From positions 13,546 through 77,545 of the forward strand of contig JBCCQY010000022.1 of assembly GCA_039208735.1 (NCBI GenBank): a DNA stretch of 64,000 nt, read 5' to 3'. Made by a program: the position numbers and the translations under genes. Within the stretch, counting starts at the first letter, position 1; every line of letters begins with the position of its first letter. The notes below the pieces were generated by a model, which did not search any database, had not been told where the DNA came from, and was given only the letters and a program-made list of their open reading frames with translations. Below are positions 1 to 9,022 of this stretch, one piece after another. This stretch comes from Myxococcota bacterium (GTDB lineage Bacteria > Myxococcota_A > UBA796 > GCA-2862545).

Positions 1-25
1 ACCCTGGGTGCACTCGTAGCCGCGA

Positions 26-1486
26 ATGGTCACGGGGACCGAGAATACATCGTCCATGAGCGCCACCTTAGCGCGGAGGTCGCCTTTGACGCCCGAGCAC
101 CACGTCACCGCCTTGCTTCCCGAGCCTGGGGAGCCCCCAGAGACCGTCTCCACCTTGCTGGCCGCCATTCGTAAGGCGGGCCGCACCCGCGACCAGGCGG
201 TGTACGAGGCCGCCTACTACGAGGTGTTCGAACCCCTCGACGTCCTTGATGGTCGGCTGGGGGAAGCTCGCTACCTCGGGGGCACTGCGCCTTCGGCGGA
301 AGACTGGTGGGCGTTCGCCGTACTGATTCGCTTTGACCTCGCTTATTACAACTTCTACAAGCTCAATCGCCAGCGCCTCGAAGACTTCGACAACCTCGGA
401 CCCTGGCTTCGCGACCTCTACCAACGAGACGGCATTGCCGAGACGGTGGACCTGCGAGCCATCCGAGAACACTACGCGGCGGAGGACGAAGGCACGAACC
501 CCAAGGGACTCACTCCCGTGGGCCTCGGCCCAGACTTGCGCACCCCCCATGATCGCTTCCGCTTTGATGCGGCGGTCGACACCGAGCGTGGTGTGCAAGA
601 AGACCCCTCCCGACCTCGGCGTCCGGGGGAGTGGGTCCGACCGGCAAGTGGCCATCGCGACTTCATCAGCGTGGAAGGCTCCACCGGGTTCCCTGCCGAG
701 GCCGGCCGATACCACCTCTACATCGCGAACAACTGCCCCTGGTCACACCGGACGGCCTTGGCCCGGTCGATCCTGGGACTCACCGACGTCATCACCATGG
801 ACGTGCTCTACTGGCGTCGAGATCCCGAGCACGGCTGGCAGTTTCGACCCGAGGCGCCCGATTGCACGCCAGACACGTTGTTTGGGTCGCACTACCTGCG
901 CGAGATCTACCGCCGGGTGGGGTCGGACGAAAAATCGGTACCCGTGCTGTTCGACCGCGTGACGAACACCATCGTCAACAACGAATCCGCCGAAATCGTT
1001 CGCATGCTCAACGGCGCCTTCGCCACCCTTGGGAACGGGCACCACGACCTCTACCCGCAAGCGCATCGCGCCGAGATTGACCACCTCAATGGCTATGTCT
1101 ACCAGTACGTCAACAACGGAGCCTACAAGGCAGGGTTTACCTCCTCGCAAGCGGTGCATGACACCTGGTCTCGCTACGTCTTTCGGGCCCTCGATTGGCT
1201 GGACCGTCGGCTTGCGGACCGTCAGTGGCTCGTAGGCGATGCCCTAACCGAGGCCGACCTGCGGTTGTTCCCCACCATTTACCGCTTCGATCCCGTGTAT
1301 GTGATCCGGTTCCGTCTCGACCAGCGGCGCATCGCGACCTACCCAAACCTCACGCGGTGGCTCTCGCAGATGTTGGACGTCCCCGGCGTGCGTGAGGCGT
1401 CGAACCTGCAGCACTGCAAGAACGGATACTTCGGGCGAACGGGCAACGAACTTGTGCCCGTGGGCCCTGCCGATCCGCTCGCGTAA
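26..1486 (+). CDS. Glutathionyl-hydroquinone reductase (YqjG/Xi-class GST) with an extra N-terminal GST C-domain
   Basis: GRYHLY..NCPWSHR, SVPVLFD..TNTIVNNESAEI, NNGAYKAGF and TEADLRLFPTIYRFD motifs. The first ~180 aa are a second GST-C-like copy (LIRFDLAYY..YKLN). In-frame TAG at 17-19 bounds the ORF. Confidence 0.85.
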   Translation: MVTGTENTSSMSATLARRSPLTPEHHVTALLPEPGEPPETVSTLLAAIRKAGRTRDQAVYEAAYYEVFEPLDVLDGRLGEARYLGGTAPSAEDWWAFAVLIRFDLAYYNFYKLNRQRLEDFDNLGPWLRDLYQRDGIAETVDLRAIREHYAAEDEGTNPKGLTPVGLGPDLRTPHDRFRFDAAVDTERGVQEDPSRPRRPGEWVRPASGHRDFISVEGSTGFPAEAGRYHLYIANNCPWSHRTALARSILGLTDVITMDVLYWRRDPEHGWQFRPEAPDCTPDTLFGSHYLREIYRRVGSDEKSVPVLFDRVTNTIVNNESAEIVRMLNGAFATLGNGHHDLYPQAHRAEIDHLNGYVYQYVNNGAYKAGFTSSQAVHDTWSRYVFRALDWLDRRLADRQWLVGDALTEADLRLFPTIYRFDPVYVIRFRLDQRRIATYPNLTRWLSQMLDVPGVREASNLQHCKNGYFGRTGNELVPVGPADPLA

Positions 1487-1638
1487 CGTCCCGCTCTCCC
1501 CGCGCTCGAATCCTTGGAGGTTCGAATGACCCGCGATGCTTTGGTCACGTGCCCGTTTTGCGCTGCACCTCAGCCGACCACGACCGGTGGCTTCCCGAAT
1601 CGCGCGACATCGTTCGTTACCTTCGGGAACGCTTCGGC

Positions 1639-3012
1639 TCACGCTGAGCGCGAAAGCTTGGTTGGCGCCAACGTATCGAGAATGAACGGCATGAGTTCGC
1701 CAATCGTGGGATGGATGAACATCGCCGTGCGGTACTCCTTGCATGGACGACCCGCGACCATGAACGCCGTGAACATGTTGACGATTTCGTCTGCGCCGGC
1801 GCCTAAAATCGCCGCCCCCAGAATCCGATCGGTGTCGTCGTCAACGATCAGCTTCACGAACCCGTCGGTTTCGCTCATCTCGCGGGCTCGGTTGATCGTG
1901 GCCATCTCTCGAGTGGCCACCGTGACGTGGTAGCCGGCGTCCACCGCTTCTTGCTCGGTGAGGCCCACCCGTCCAAGCGCGGGGTCGACAAATAGCGCGT
2001 AGGTGGGAATGCGCTCCGAGAGGGTACGGTGGGCGCCCCCTCGCATGGTGTCGAGCACGATCTCGGCGTCGTTGACGGCAGTGTGGGTAAACGCCCCCTT
2101 CCGGTTCACATCGCCGACCGCGAATACGTGCGGCACCGTGGTTTGGCAATGGTCGTCCACGACGATGTAGCCGCGATCGTCGGTCTGAATTCCCGTGTGC
2201 TCGAGGCCCAAGTCTTCGGTGTTCGGCAATCGGCCAATGCCCACCAACAGGTGTGACCCTTCCACGACCTGATCGCCAAGGTGAACGGCCACGCCCTGGG
2301 GGGTCTTGGCGACCCGATCCGGACGCGCACCTGTCACAAACCGAATGCTCTCTTTTTCGAGGATCGACCTCACCCCTTGGGAGAATTCCACGTCCTCTCG
2401 ATGCAAGATGCGGTCGCCCGCTTCGAGGACGGTCACGTCCGACCCAAAGCGACGGAAGATCTGGCCGAACTCGAGCCCCACGTAGCTGCCACCAAGCACG
2501 ACGAGATGCGTCGGCACCTCGGTAAGTTCGAGAATCCGAATGTGATTGAGCCAGGGAACCTCATCCAGGCCATCCAACTTCGGAATGCGGCTTCGGGTGC
2601 CCACATTGATGTAGATGTGCTTGGCCTCAATGCGCTCGCCATTCACCTCGACGACATGGTCGGACACAAACCGCCCCTGACCGCGAAACAAGGTCACGTG
2701 CGACAGGCTCTCGATCCATTCCGTGAACGAATCCCGATTGCCCGTGCGCAGATCGTTCATTCGCTTCATGGCGACCGGAAAGTTGATGCCCACCGGCCCT
2801 GTGGTGACACCGTACTCCGCCGCGCGGCGGCACAGGTGGGCTACCCGGGCTGACGCGACGAGCGTCTTGGTGGGGGTGCAGCCGGTATTTACGCAGGTTC
2901 CGCCTACGTCACCGCGCTCGATGACCGCCACCGTCTCGGTGAAGGGAAGGTTGCCAAGCAACGTTCCCGTGGCCTGGCCAGTGCCCAAGATCAGGTGGTC
3001 GACGGACTTCAT
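1639..3012 (-). CDS. Class I pyridine nucleotide-disulfide oxidoreductase (MerA/RclA/Lpd-like)
   Basis: GTGQA FAD loop, GGTCVNTGCTPTK redox disulfide, GGSYVGLE and C-terminal IHPTIGE. No C-terminal Cys-Cys of true MerA. Start set at MKSVDHLIL. Confidence 0.88.
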   Translation of the reverse strand: MKSVDHLILGTGQATGTLLGNLPFTETVAVIERGDVGGTCVNTGCTPTKTLVASARVAHLCRRAAEYGVTTGPVGINFPVAMKRMNDLRTGNRDSFTEWIESLSHVTLFRGQGRFVSDHVVEVNGERIEAKHIYINVGTRSRIPKLDGLDEVPWLNHIRILELTEVPTHLVVLGGSYVGLEFGQIFRRFGSDVTVLEAGDRILHREDVEFSQGVRSILEKESIRFVTGARPDRVAKTPQGVAVHLGDQVVEGSHLLVGIGRLPNTEDLGLEHTGIQTDDRGYIVVDDHCQTTVPHVFAVGDVNRKGAFTHTAVNDAEIVLDTMRGGAHRTLSERIPTYALFVDPALGRVGLTEQEAVDAGYHVTVATREMATINRAREMSETDGFVKLIVDDDTDRILGAAILGAGADEIVNMFTAFMVAGRPCKEYRTAMFIHPTIGELMPFILDTLAPTKLSRSA

Positions 3013-3028
3013 GCGATCTCCATGGCGT

Positions 3029-3868
3029 TTAGCGCTGGATCGACGGCACCCAGGCGGTGGTTCGGCCACCGATCTCAACGAACGCAATGGGCTCGCCATC
3101 GACCGTGGTGGCTTCTGGATTCTTGCCCCACCGCCGATGGAAGAGCCAGCCCTTCGGAAACGCCTCCTTCCGTGCGTCCGCCTTCACCGCGGTGAGCACG
3201 ACATGGCGGATCTTCTTGCGCAATTGCTCCACCTCGGCTGCGGTGAGCGTACCCGCACGCCGCCGGGGATCGATCTGAGCCTGGTACAGCACCTCATCAG
3301 CAATCCAGTTGCCCACCCCCGCCGAAAAGCCCTGGTCGAGGAGCAGGGCTTTGAGGACGGCCCGGGAACGACGTGCGATGCGGGTGGCGAACGCCTTGGG
3401 ACCTGGCATGTCGGTCAGTGGATCGAACCCCAACTTCGCCATCGGTGGATCGCGAGGCGGGTCCGCCCGAAAGAAGATTCGACCTAAACGTCGAGCGTTC
3501 GTGTAGGCAATTTCGTTGCCGTCCGACAGCTCGAGCCGAAGCTTGGTGAAGCGAGGCGGCCAGCTGCGATCCACCTGCTTCGGACTGGATTTCAGCTGCA
3601 AGGGCTCGTCGTCCTTGGTGCGCACGGTTCCCGTCATGCCCAAATGGATCACGGGATGCGGTGGCTCCGACAGCTCGAGCCAAAGGTACTTGCCGCGACG
3701 ATGGGCCGCCGCGACCTCTCGACCGATCAGCCACTCCTCCGCTTGGGCGACGGGCACCTTGTCGAAAACAATAGGATCGTCCGCTACATCAGCGTGGATG
3801 ATGCGACGGCCGACCATGGTTCGGTTCAAAATTCCACGGGTGTGTTCCGCTTCAGGCAACTCGGGCAC
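3029..3868 (-). CDS. mutM: Fpg/Nei family DNA glycosylase, zincless-finger (plant/fungal-like) type
   Basis: GTG start gives (M)PELPEAE. RRGKYL, HLGMTG, LLDQ..SAGVGNWIADEVLYQA (H2TH) and GGRTTAWVP..Q are present; there are no zinc-finger cysteines. Confidence 0.88.
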   Translation of the reverse strand: MPELPEAEHTRGILNRTMVGRRIIHADVADDPIVFDKVPVAQAEEWLIGREVAAAHRRGKYLWLELSEPPHPVIHLGMTGTVRTKDDEPLQLKSSPKQVDRSWPPRFTKLRLELSDGNEIAYTNARRLGRIFFRADPPRDPPMAKLGFDPLTDMPGPKAFATRIARRSRAVLKALLLDQGFSAGVGNWIADEVLYQAQIDPRRRAGTLTAAEVEQLRKKIRHVVLTAVKADARKEAFPKGWLFHRRWGKNPEATTVDGEPIAFVEIGGRTTAWVPSIQR

Positions 3869-4040
3869 AGCACTCTCCAAGCCTTGAGCCGTATCGCAAA
3901 CCTCGCCCCGTTTCGCAGCTGGGCGATCCCCGGGCCGTGGCTTGGGCATCGTGACCTGCCGACCCCGGGCATGCCGAGCGGACCCCCTAGGCGCCGATTG
4001 CCCAGGTGGCATCCTGATGGGACAACCCAGGAGTCGACCC

Positions 4041-4847
4041 ATGCGTTTCGCTTCTCTCCTCGTTGTTCTTGCCGCCTGCGGCACCCCCGATGGCCTCGGT
4101 TTGGAGGTGGATGACGGCACCGCCTTGCGCGGCCAGTTCACTCATGATGGCGTCACCGTGTCCTTCGATGTGATGGCCGAAGGCGCCCTCGCCACTGTCG
4201 ATCTGGCGGTGAACGAAACCACCTACGTCCTGACCATGGACCACGACCAGCGCGAACTGACGTCGAATGGCTTTGGCGCCATCTTCGCGCCTACGGAACG
4301 TGAAGCCTTCAAGGCCCTCGGACCTGCCCTGATGAACCACCATGGCCCGGCCCGGGTCGACGAGCTGCCCGCAAGGGCCCTGGAGCGCACCACCAGCTAC
4401 CTCGCCGCATCGCCTACGGGCTACGCCCATGACCTTCGCCAAATCCAACCCGACCAACCCACGGGCGACCTTCAACCGGTCGCCCTGGGCGATGACGGCG
4501 TCAGCTGCCGTGACAACGACACGGGCCAAGTGGTCCGGGCGTACTGGGACGACAACGGAGGGTCGTGGTTTGCCGACCTGACGATGGGTCAGTGCTTGGG
4601 CACCTTACCCGCCAACGGGGGCGACTACGACTGCATCGGCCGGTGCGGCCCCGCCTGCGGGTCGTGGTGGGCGGCGAGCGCATGGACGCAAGACTGCTAC
4701 GAGCACGACGTCTGCAGCTACTACAACGCGGCTTCAGGCGGCAGCTCCGACCCAAATTGCGGAGATGAATTCAACGAGGCCCAGGATGACTGGCTCTGGG
4801 GCATCTGGTCGGGGTGCAGCGGCTCCCGAAACCCGCTGGGTTGCTAA
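4041..4847 (+). CDS. Lipoprotein with Cys-rich C-terminal domain containing a C-x-x-H-D-x-C motif
   Basis: CAGGAG RBS, lipobox LAAC, C-terminal CIGRCGPACG...TQDCYEHDVCSYY...CGDEF. Confidence 0.7.
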   Translation: MRFASLLVVLAACGTPDGLGLEVDDGTALRGQFTHDGVTVSFDVMAEGALATVDLAVNETTYVLTMDHDQRELTSNGFGAIFAPTEREAFKALGPALMNHHGPARVDELPARALERTTSYLAASPTGYAHDLRQIQPDQPTGDLQPVALGDDGVSCRDNDTGQVVRAYWDDNGGSWFADLTMGQCLGTLPANGGDYDCIGRCGPACGSWWAASAWTQDCYEHDVCSYYNAASGGSSDPNCGDEFNEAQDDWLWGIWSGCSGSRNPLGC

Positions 4848-4892
4848 GCTCCCTTCGAACTCGCGCGCCAACGCGCGAGCGTCGGGGGAAAC

Positions 4893-7022
4893 GTGCGAAT
4901 CGGAGTGATGACGAGCGGTGGAGATGCCCAGGGCATGAACGCTGCGGTCCGCGGAGTGGTGCGACGCGCACTCGCCGCGGGCCTTGAAGTAGTCGCAGTC
5001 TACGAGGGCTATGCGGGTCTCGTGGCAGGCCGGATGGGCCCTTGCACCTCAACCACCGTCTCCCGCATCCTCCATCTGGGAGGAACCCACTTTGGCACGG
5101 CGCGGTGCCCCGAGTTTCGGACGACGGAAGGACGACGAACGGCCGTCGCCAACCTCGTGGACGCCGGGATTCATCACCTCGCCATCATCGGCGGCGATGG
5201 TTCGCTCACCGGAGCCATGGTGCTTCGGACCGAATGGACGGATCATCTGCAGGCGCTCGTCGCGGAGGGCCGCCTTACTGCGGAACAGGCCGAGGGCCAT
5301 CCCTCGCTCGCCATCGTGGGAATGGTCGGCTCGATCGACAACGATCTATGGGGCACGGACCGTACGATCGGTTGTGACAGTGCCTTGCATCGCATCGTGC
5401 ACGCGATCGACACGCTGACCGCCACCGCTCGGAGCCACCAACGCTCCTTCGTCGTCGAGGTCATGGGTCGACACTGCGGCTTCCTCGCGCTCGCCGCGGC
5501 CGTGTGCACCGGCGCAGACCACCTGCTCATTCCCGAGGCTCCGAGCGACGACTGGAAGCGTGATGTCGTGGCTGCAGTGCGCCGGGGACGAGCCCAAGGC
5601 AAGCGCAAGGCCATCGTCATCGTGGCCGAGGGAGCCTGTGACAAGGACGGAGTCGACATCGAAGCCGCCGATGTGCGCAAGGTGCTCGAAGCGGAACTCG
5701 ACGCCGAGACTCGAGTGACCGTGCTCGGCCACGTGCAGCGCGGCGGCGCCCCCTCCGCCTACGACCGCATCACGTCGTCGATGCTCGGGGCCCGCGGGGC
5801 GGAAACGCTGATCGGCATGACCGGAGCGGACGAACCGATGGTCATGACCACCCAAGGCCTCGCCATCGAACCTCGGCCGCTCGCGGAGTGCCTCCGGCAA
5901 ACCCAGGCGCTGGCGGCCGCGCTCAAGGAACGGAACTACACCGCAGCCGTCGAAGCCCGAGGCCCCGAGTTTGGCGAGCTGCTCTCCTTGCACCATCGCC
6001 TCACCAAGGCCCCCGACGAAGCTCCACAGGGGCCTCGCATCCTCCTCACCCATGTGGGGGCTCCGGCCCCGGGGATGAACCCCGCCATCCGAGCCTTCGT
6101 CCGTCTCGCGCGCGGCCGAGGCGCGGTGCCCCTGCTCGTGCAAGACGGGCTACGCGGGCTGGCGACCAACCAGATCCACGAGGCGACTTGGAACGAGGTG
6201 AGCGGCATCGCGTCGTTGGGCGCCACGGTGCTGGGCACGCGTCGGGCTCCCGCCGATTCTGCGGTGCTTGCCGCCCTCGACGAACACGCGATCCACGGTG
6301 CGGTGATCGTGGGCGGGTTTGAGGCCTTGCCCACGGCTGCCGCCATCGCCGCCACCGGACGTCCGGTCGCGGTCGTGCCCGCCACCATCTCCAACAACGT
6401 GCCGGGGACCGATTCGAGCGTCGGTTGTGACACCGCGCTCAACGTCATCGTCGACGCCGTCGACCGGCTCAAGCAATCCGCGGTGGGCTCCCGGGACCGC
6501 GTGTTCGTGGTCGAAGTCATGGGCCGTCGCTGCGGCTACCTCGCGGTGGCGGGCGGGCTGGGGGCCGGCGCTGAGATCGTCTACCAGCATAAACCTGGAA
6601 TCACCCTGTCCGGCCTCAAGGAGGACGTCACCAAGCTCGCGGAAGCCTACGACCGCGGGCGGCAGGTGGGCATCGTGCTCATGGCGGACGGCGCCTCCGA
6701 GGCGTTCAGCGCGAATACCCTCGCGCGGGTGTTTCAATCGGAATCTGGCGGACGGTTCGACACGCGCGTCTGCGTGCTGGGTCACCTCCAACAGGGGGAC
6801 CGGCCATCCCCTGCCGACCGGTTGCTCGCGACCCGCCTGGTCGATCGGGCCGTTCACCACGCAGCCGACGGCGAAGGTGCGGTTGTGGTCGGCGTCGAAA
6901 GAGGCCTCGTGATCCAGGCTTCGGTGGCCAGCCGCATCGAAGAAGCAGACCTTTCGCATCGGCGTCGCAAGACCCCCGTGCACAGCGATTGGGATGAGGT
7001 CGCAACCCTTCTTCGAGGCTAA
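4893..7022 (+). CDS. pfkA: ATP-dependent 6-phosphofructokinase, tandem two-domain (eukaryote-type)
   Basis: N-half: TSGGDAQGMNAAVR, GGDGSLTGA, GSIDND, EVMGRHCG, LGHVQRGG. C-half: GAPAPGMN, PATISNNVPGTD, EVMGRRCG, LGHLQQG. Confidence 0.92.
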   Translation: MRIGVMTSGGDAQGMNAAVRGVVRRALAAGLEVVAVYEGYAGLVAGRMGPCTSTTVSRILHLGGTHFGTARCPEFRTTEGRRTAVANLVDAGIHHLAIIGGDGSLTGAMVLRTEWTDHLQALVAEGRLTAEQAEGHPSLAIVGMVGSIDNDLWGTDRTIGCDSALHRIVHAIDTLTATARSHQRSFVVEVMGRHCGFLALAAAVCTGADHLLIPEAPSDDWKRDVVAAVRRGRAQGKRKAIVIVAEGACDKDGVDIEAADVRKVLEAELDAETRVTVLGHVQRGGAPSAYDRITSSMLGARGAETLIGMTGADEPMVMTTQGLAIEPRPLAECLRQTQALAAALKERNYTAAVEARGPEFGELLSLHHRLTKAPDEAPQGPRILLTHVGAPAPGMNPAIRAFVRLARGRGAVPLLVQDGLRGLATNQIHEATWNEVSGIASLGATVLGTRRAPADSAVLAALDEHAIHGAVIVGGFEALPTAAAIAATGRPVAVVPATISNNVPGTDSSVGCDTALNVIVDAVDRLKQSAVGSRDRVFVVEVMGRRCGYLAVAGGLGAGAEIVYQHKPGITLSGLKEDVTKLAEAYDRGRQVGIVLMADGASEAFSANTLARVFQSESGGRFDTRVCVLGHLQQGDRPSPADRLLATRLVDRAVHHAADGEGAVVVGVERGLVIQASVASRIEEADLSHRRRKTPVHSDWDEVATLLRG

Positions 7023-7810
7023 GGCACTCGCGTCGATAGCGACCACGCCAGCGCTTGCAGCACCAACAAGGCCAGAATCACAAGGGCGGCCCGAATCCAA
7101 ATGCCCCAGGACCGAGGCGGTACTTCGGGCGCCTCGCGCGGCATCGGCAGAGCGCCGGCGCCAGAGACCTCGGGCCACTGCCACGGTTGGTCAGCCGGTT
7201 CGATCCCTTCGGCCACCACCTGCGACAACGTCTCTTCAGACCGGCACCATTGGGTAAACAGCACGGCGAGGCTCTCGGCGTCCGCCAGTGCCTCGTGGCC
7301 CGATGGCGTCAGTCCGTAGAGTTCCTGAAGTCCTGCCAAGCTGTGCGCCCCCTTGCCCGTTCGTTCAGGGTGAAGGCGACGGGCCACCTTGAGGGTGCAC
7401 AACATCCGAGCCCCAAATCTGCCCCCGAGCCGTTCGAGTTCGCGACCCAGGTTGGACCGTTCAAAGTCGGCCTTATGGGCAATGATCAGGGTGTCCTTGA
7501 ACCATGGAACGAGCCTTGGCCACAGCGCGGCGAAGGTCGGTGCCCCCTCAAGGTCCGCCGGCTCGAGTCCATGGACAAAGGTCGTGGTGATGGGCCCTTC
7601 AGGGTCAATGAGGCTGCTGATTCGTTCGATTTCGCCTGTGGTTCGGACTCGGACCGCACCAAACTCGATCACTCGGGTGACCTCGTTGGTTCCCCCCGAG
7701 GTCTCGAGATCCACGAACACCACATCCGAACCCAGCGCAGACCACGGAAACACTTCAGGGTCGATCGAAGGGTCGGTCGGGGCAAGCGGTTCGGCAACGG
7801 CTGTCGTCAT
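7019..7810 (-). CDS. DEDDh 3'-5' exonuclease (DnaQ-like) with C-terminal transmembrane helix
   Basis: ExoI VDLET, ExoII AHKADFE, ExoIII HEALADA; hydrophobic tail IWIRAALVILALLVLQALAWSL. Confidence 0.85.
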   Translation of the reverse strand: MTTAVAEPLAPTDPSIDPEVFPWSALGSDVVFVDLETSGGTNEVTRVIEFGAVRVRTTGEIERISSLIDPEGPITTTFVHGLEPADLEGAPTFAALWPRLVPWFKDTLIIAHKADFERSNLGRELERLGGRFGARMLCTLKVARRLHPERTGKGAHSLAGLQELYGLTPSGHEALADAESLAVLFTQWCRSEETLSQVVAEGIEPADQPWQWPEVSGAGALPMPREAPEVPPRSWGIWIRAALVILALLVLQALAWSLSTRVP

Positions 7811-7840
7811 GGGCAGTGTGACCTCGCGGACGCAGCATAC

Positions 7841-8299
7841 CTACTCCAGCATTCGCAAATACGCGGCGCGCTGTACGGGGAAGCGTAGGGCCTCATCCGG
7901 CAGGGCCCGGATCGCCGCTGCGTCGAAGAACTTCGCGTCGCGCGTCTCCTCTCCGTCCGGACGAGGCTTCGGATCGCCCACGACCTTGCACCGGTGAGCC
8001 ACGAACTGCGTGCGAACCGCTGCACACGCAGGGGCTCCGGCACTGACGACCACTCCGGCTTCTTCCATGGTCTCCCGCATTGCCGCCGCCGAGCTGCTCT
8101 CGCCCGGATCGACGTAGCCCCCGGGGATGGACCAACGGCCATCGGAGGCCTGCACCATCAACAACTTCTTGTCGAGCACGGTGAGGCATCCCGCCGCTCG
8201 CGGATTGGAGACCTGCGTGCCGGGGGCGTCGCACGACGTCGACGACGAAGACCCACACGCCAACAACGCAATCCATGCCAATGGCAACCAACCGTACAT
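7841..8299 (-). CDS. NUDIX hydrolase, predicted lipoprotein
   Basis: Nudix box GGYVDPGESSSAAAMRETMEEAG; signal MYGWLPLAWIALLAC; GGGAGGGA RBS. Confidence 0.82.
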   Translation of the reverse strand: MYGWLPLAWIALLACGSSSSTSCDAPGTQVSNPRAAGCLTVLDKKLLMVQASDGRWSIPGGYVDPGESSSAAAMRETMEEAGVVVSAGAPACAAVRTQFVAHRCKVVGDPKPRPDGEETRDAKFFDAAAIRALPDEALRFPVQRAAYLRMLE

Positions 8300-8380
8300 C
8301 GTTCCCTCCCGCGCCGTTCTATCGACCTCGAAGCGCGACCACGCGTTCGGCGTGGTAGCGTCGCTCATTGCGGAGGACTC

Positions 8381-9022
8381 ATGACGTTGGTCGCTTGTCT
8401 ATTTGGACTCTGGCTCGGGTTCGCGGACGCAGAAGCCGGTAAGTACCAGTGGGAAGAGATCTACACCTCGAAGGAAGTCGTCGTCTCAAAGGCGGAAATC
8501 GAGGGCAGTAAGTTCGTCGCGTTCAAGGGCGAAGTGATCTACGAGGCGCCGATCGGAAAGGTGCTAGGCGTCATCTTGGACAATGACCATCGCCTCGAAT
8601 GGGTGGGGCGACTTCAAGTCAACCGCGTGCTCGAACAAACCACCCCCTTCGACTACGTCGTCTACCAAGCCTTCGGGTTGCCCCCGTTGTTCAGCGACCG
8701 GGACTACGTGTACCGGGGGGTGGCAACCCAGCGTGCCAATGGCATCGTTGAGTTGGCCATGTCCTCGGTCGAGCACACCAAGGCGCCTGAAACGGTGGGC
8801 GTTCGTGCCGATCTCGTGGACAGTCGCTACGAACTTGAGGCCCTCGGCCCCAACCAGACCCGTTGCGCAGTCGAAATTGTCACGGATCCCCGGGGATCCA
8901 TGCCGGCTTGGATCGTAAATCTCATCCAACGCACCTGGCCTCGCGACACGCTCGTGGGCATCCGCGAACAACTGCCGAAGGCCTGGGTCACGGCGCACCC
9001 TCTGCCTCCGGTGAGTCCCTGA
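8381..9022 (+). CDS. START/SRPBCC lipid-binding domain protein, secreted
   Basis: GGAGG RBS, signal peptide, P.LFSDRDYV and DPRGSMPAWIVN motifs. Confidence 0.8.
   Translation: MTLVACLFGLWLGFADAEAGKYQWEEIYTSKEVVVSKAEIEGSKFVAFKGEVIYEAPIGKVLGVILDNDHRLEWVGRLQVNRVLEQTTPFDYVVYQAFGLPPLFSDRDYVYRGVATQRANGIVELAMSSVEHTKAPETVGVRADLVDSRYELEALGPNQTRCAVEIVTDPRGSMPAWIVNLIQRTWPRDTLVGIREQLPKAWVTAHPLPPVSP

Noticed and set aside
1639..3012. Mercuric reductase merA
   Set aside because: It lacks the C-terminal Cys-Cys pair and NmerA domain, and has no mer operon context.
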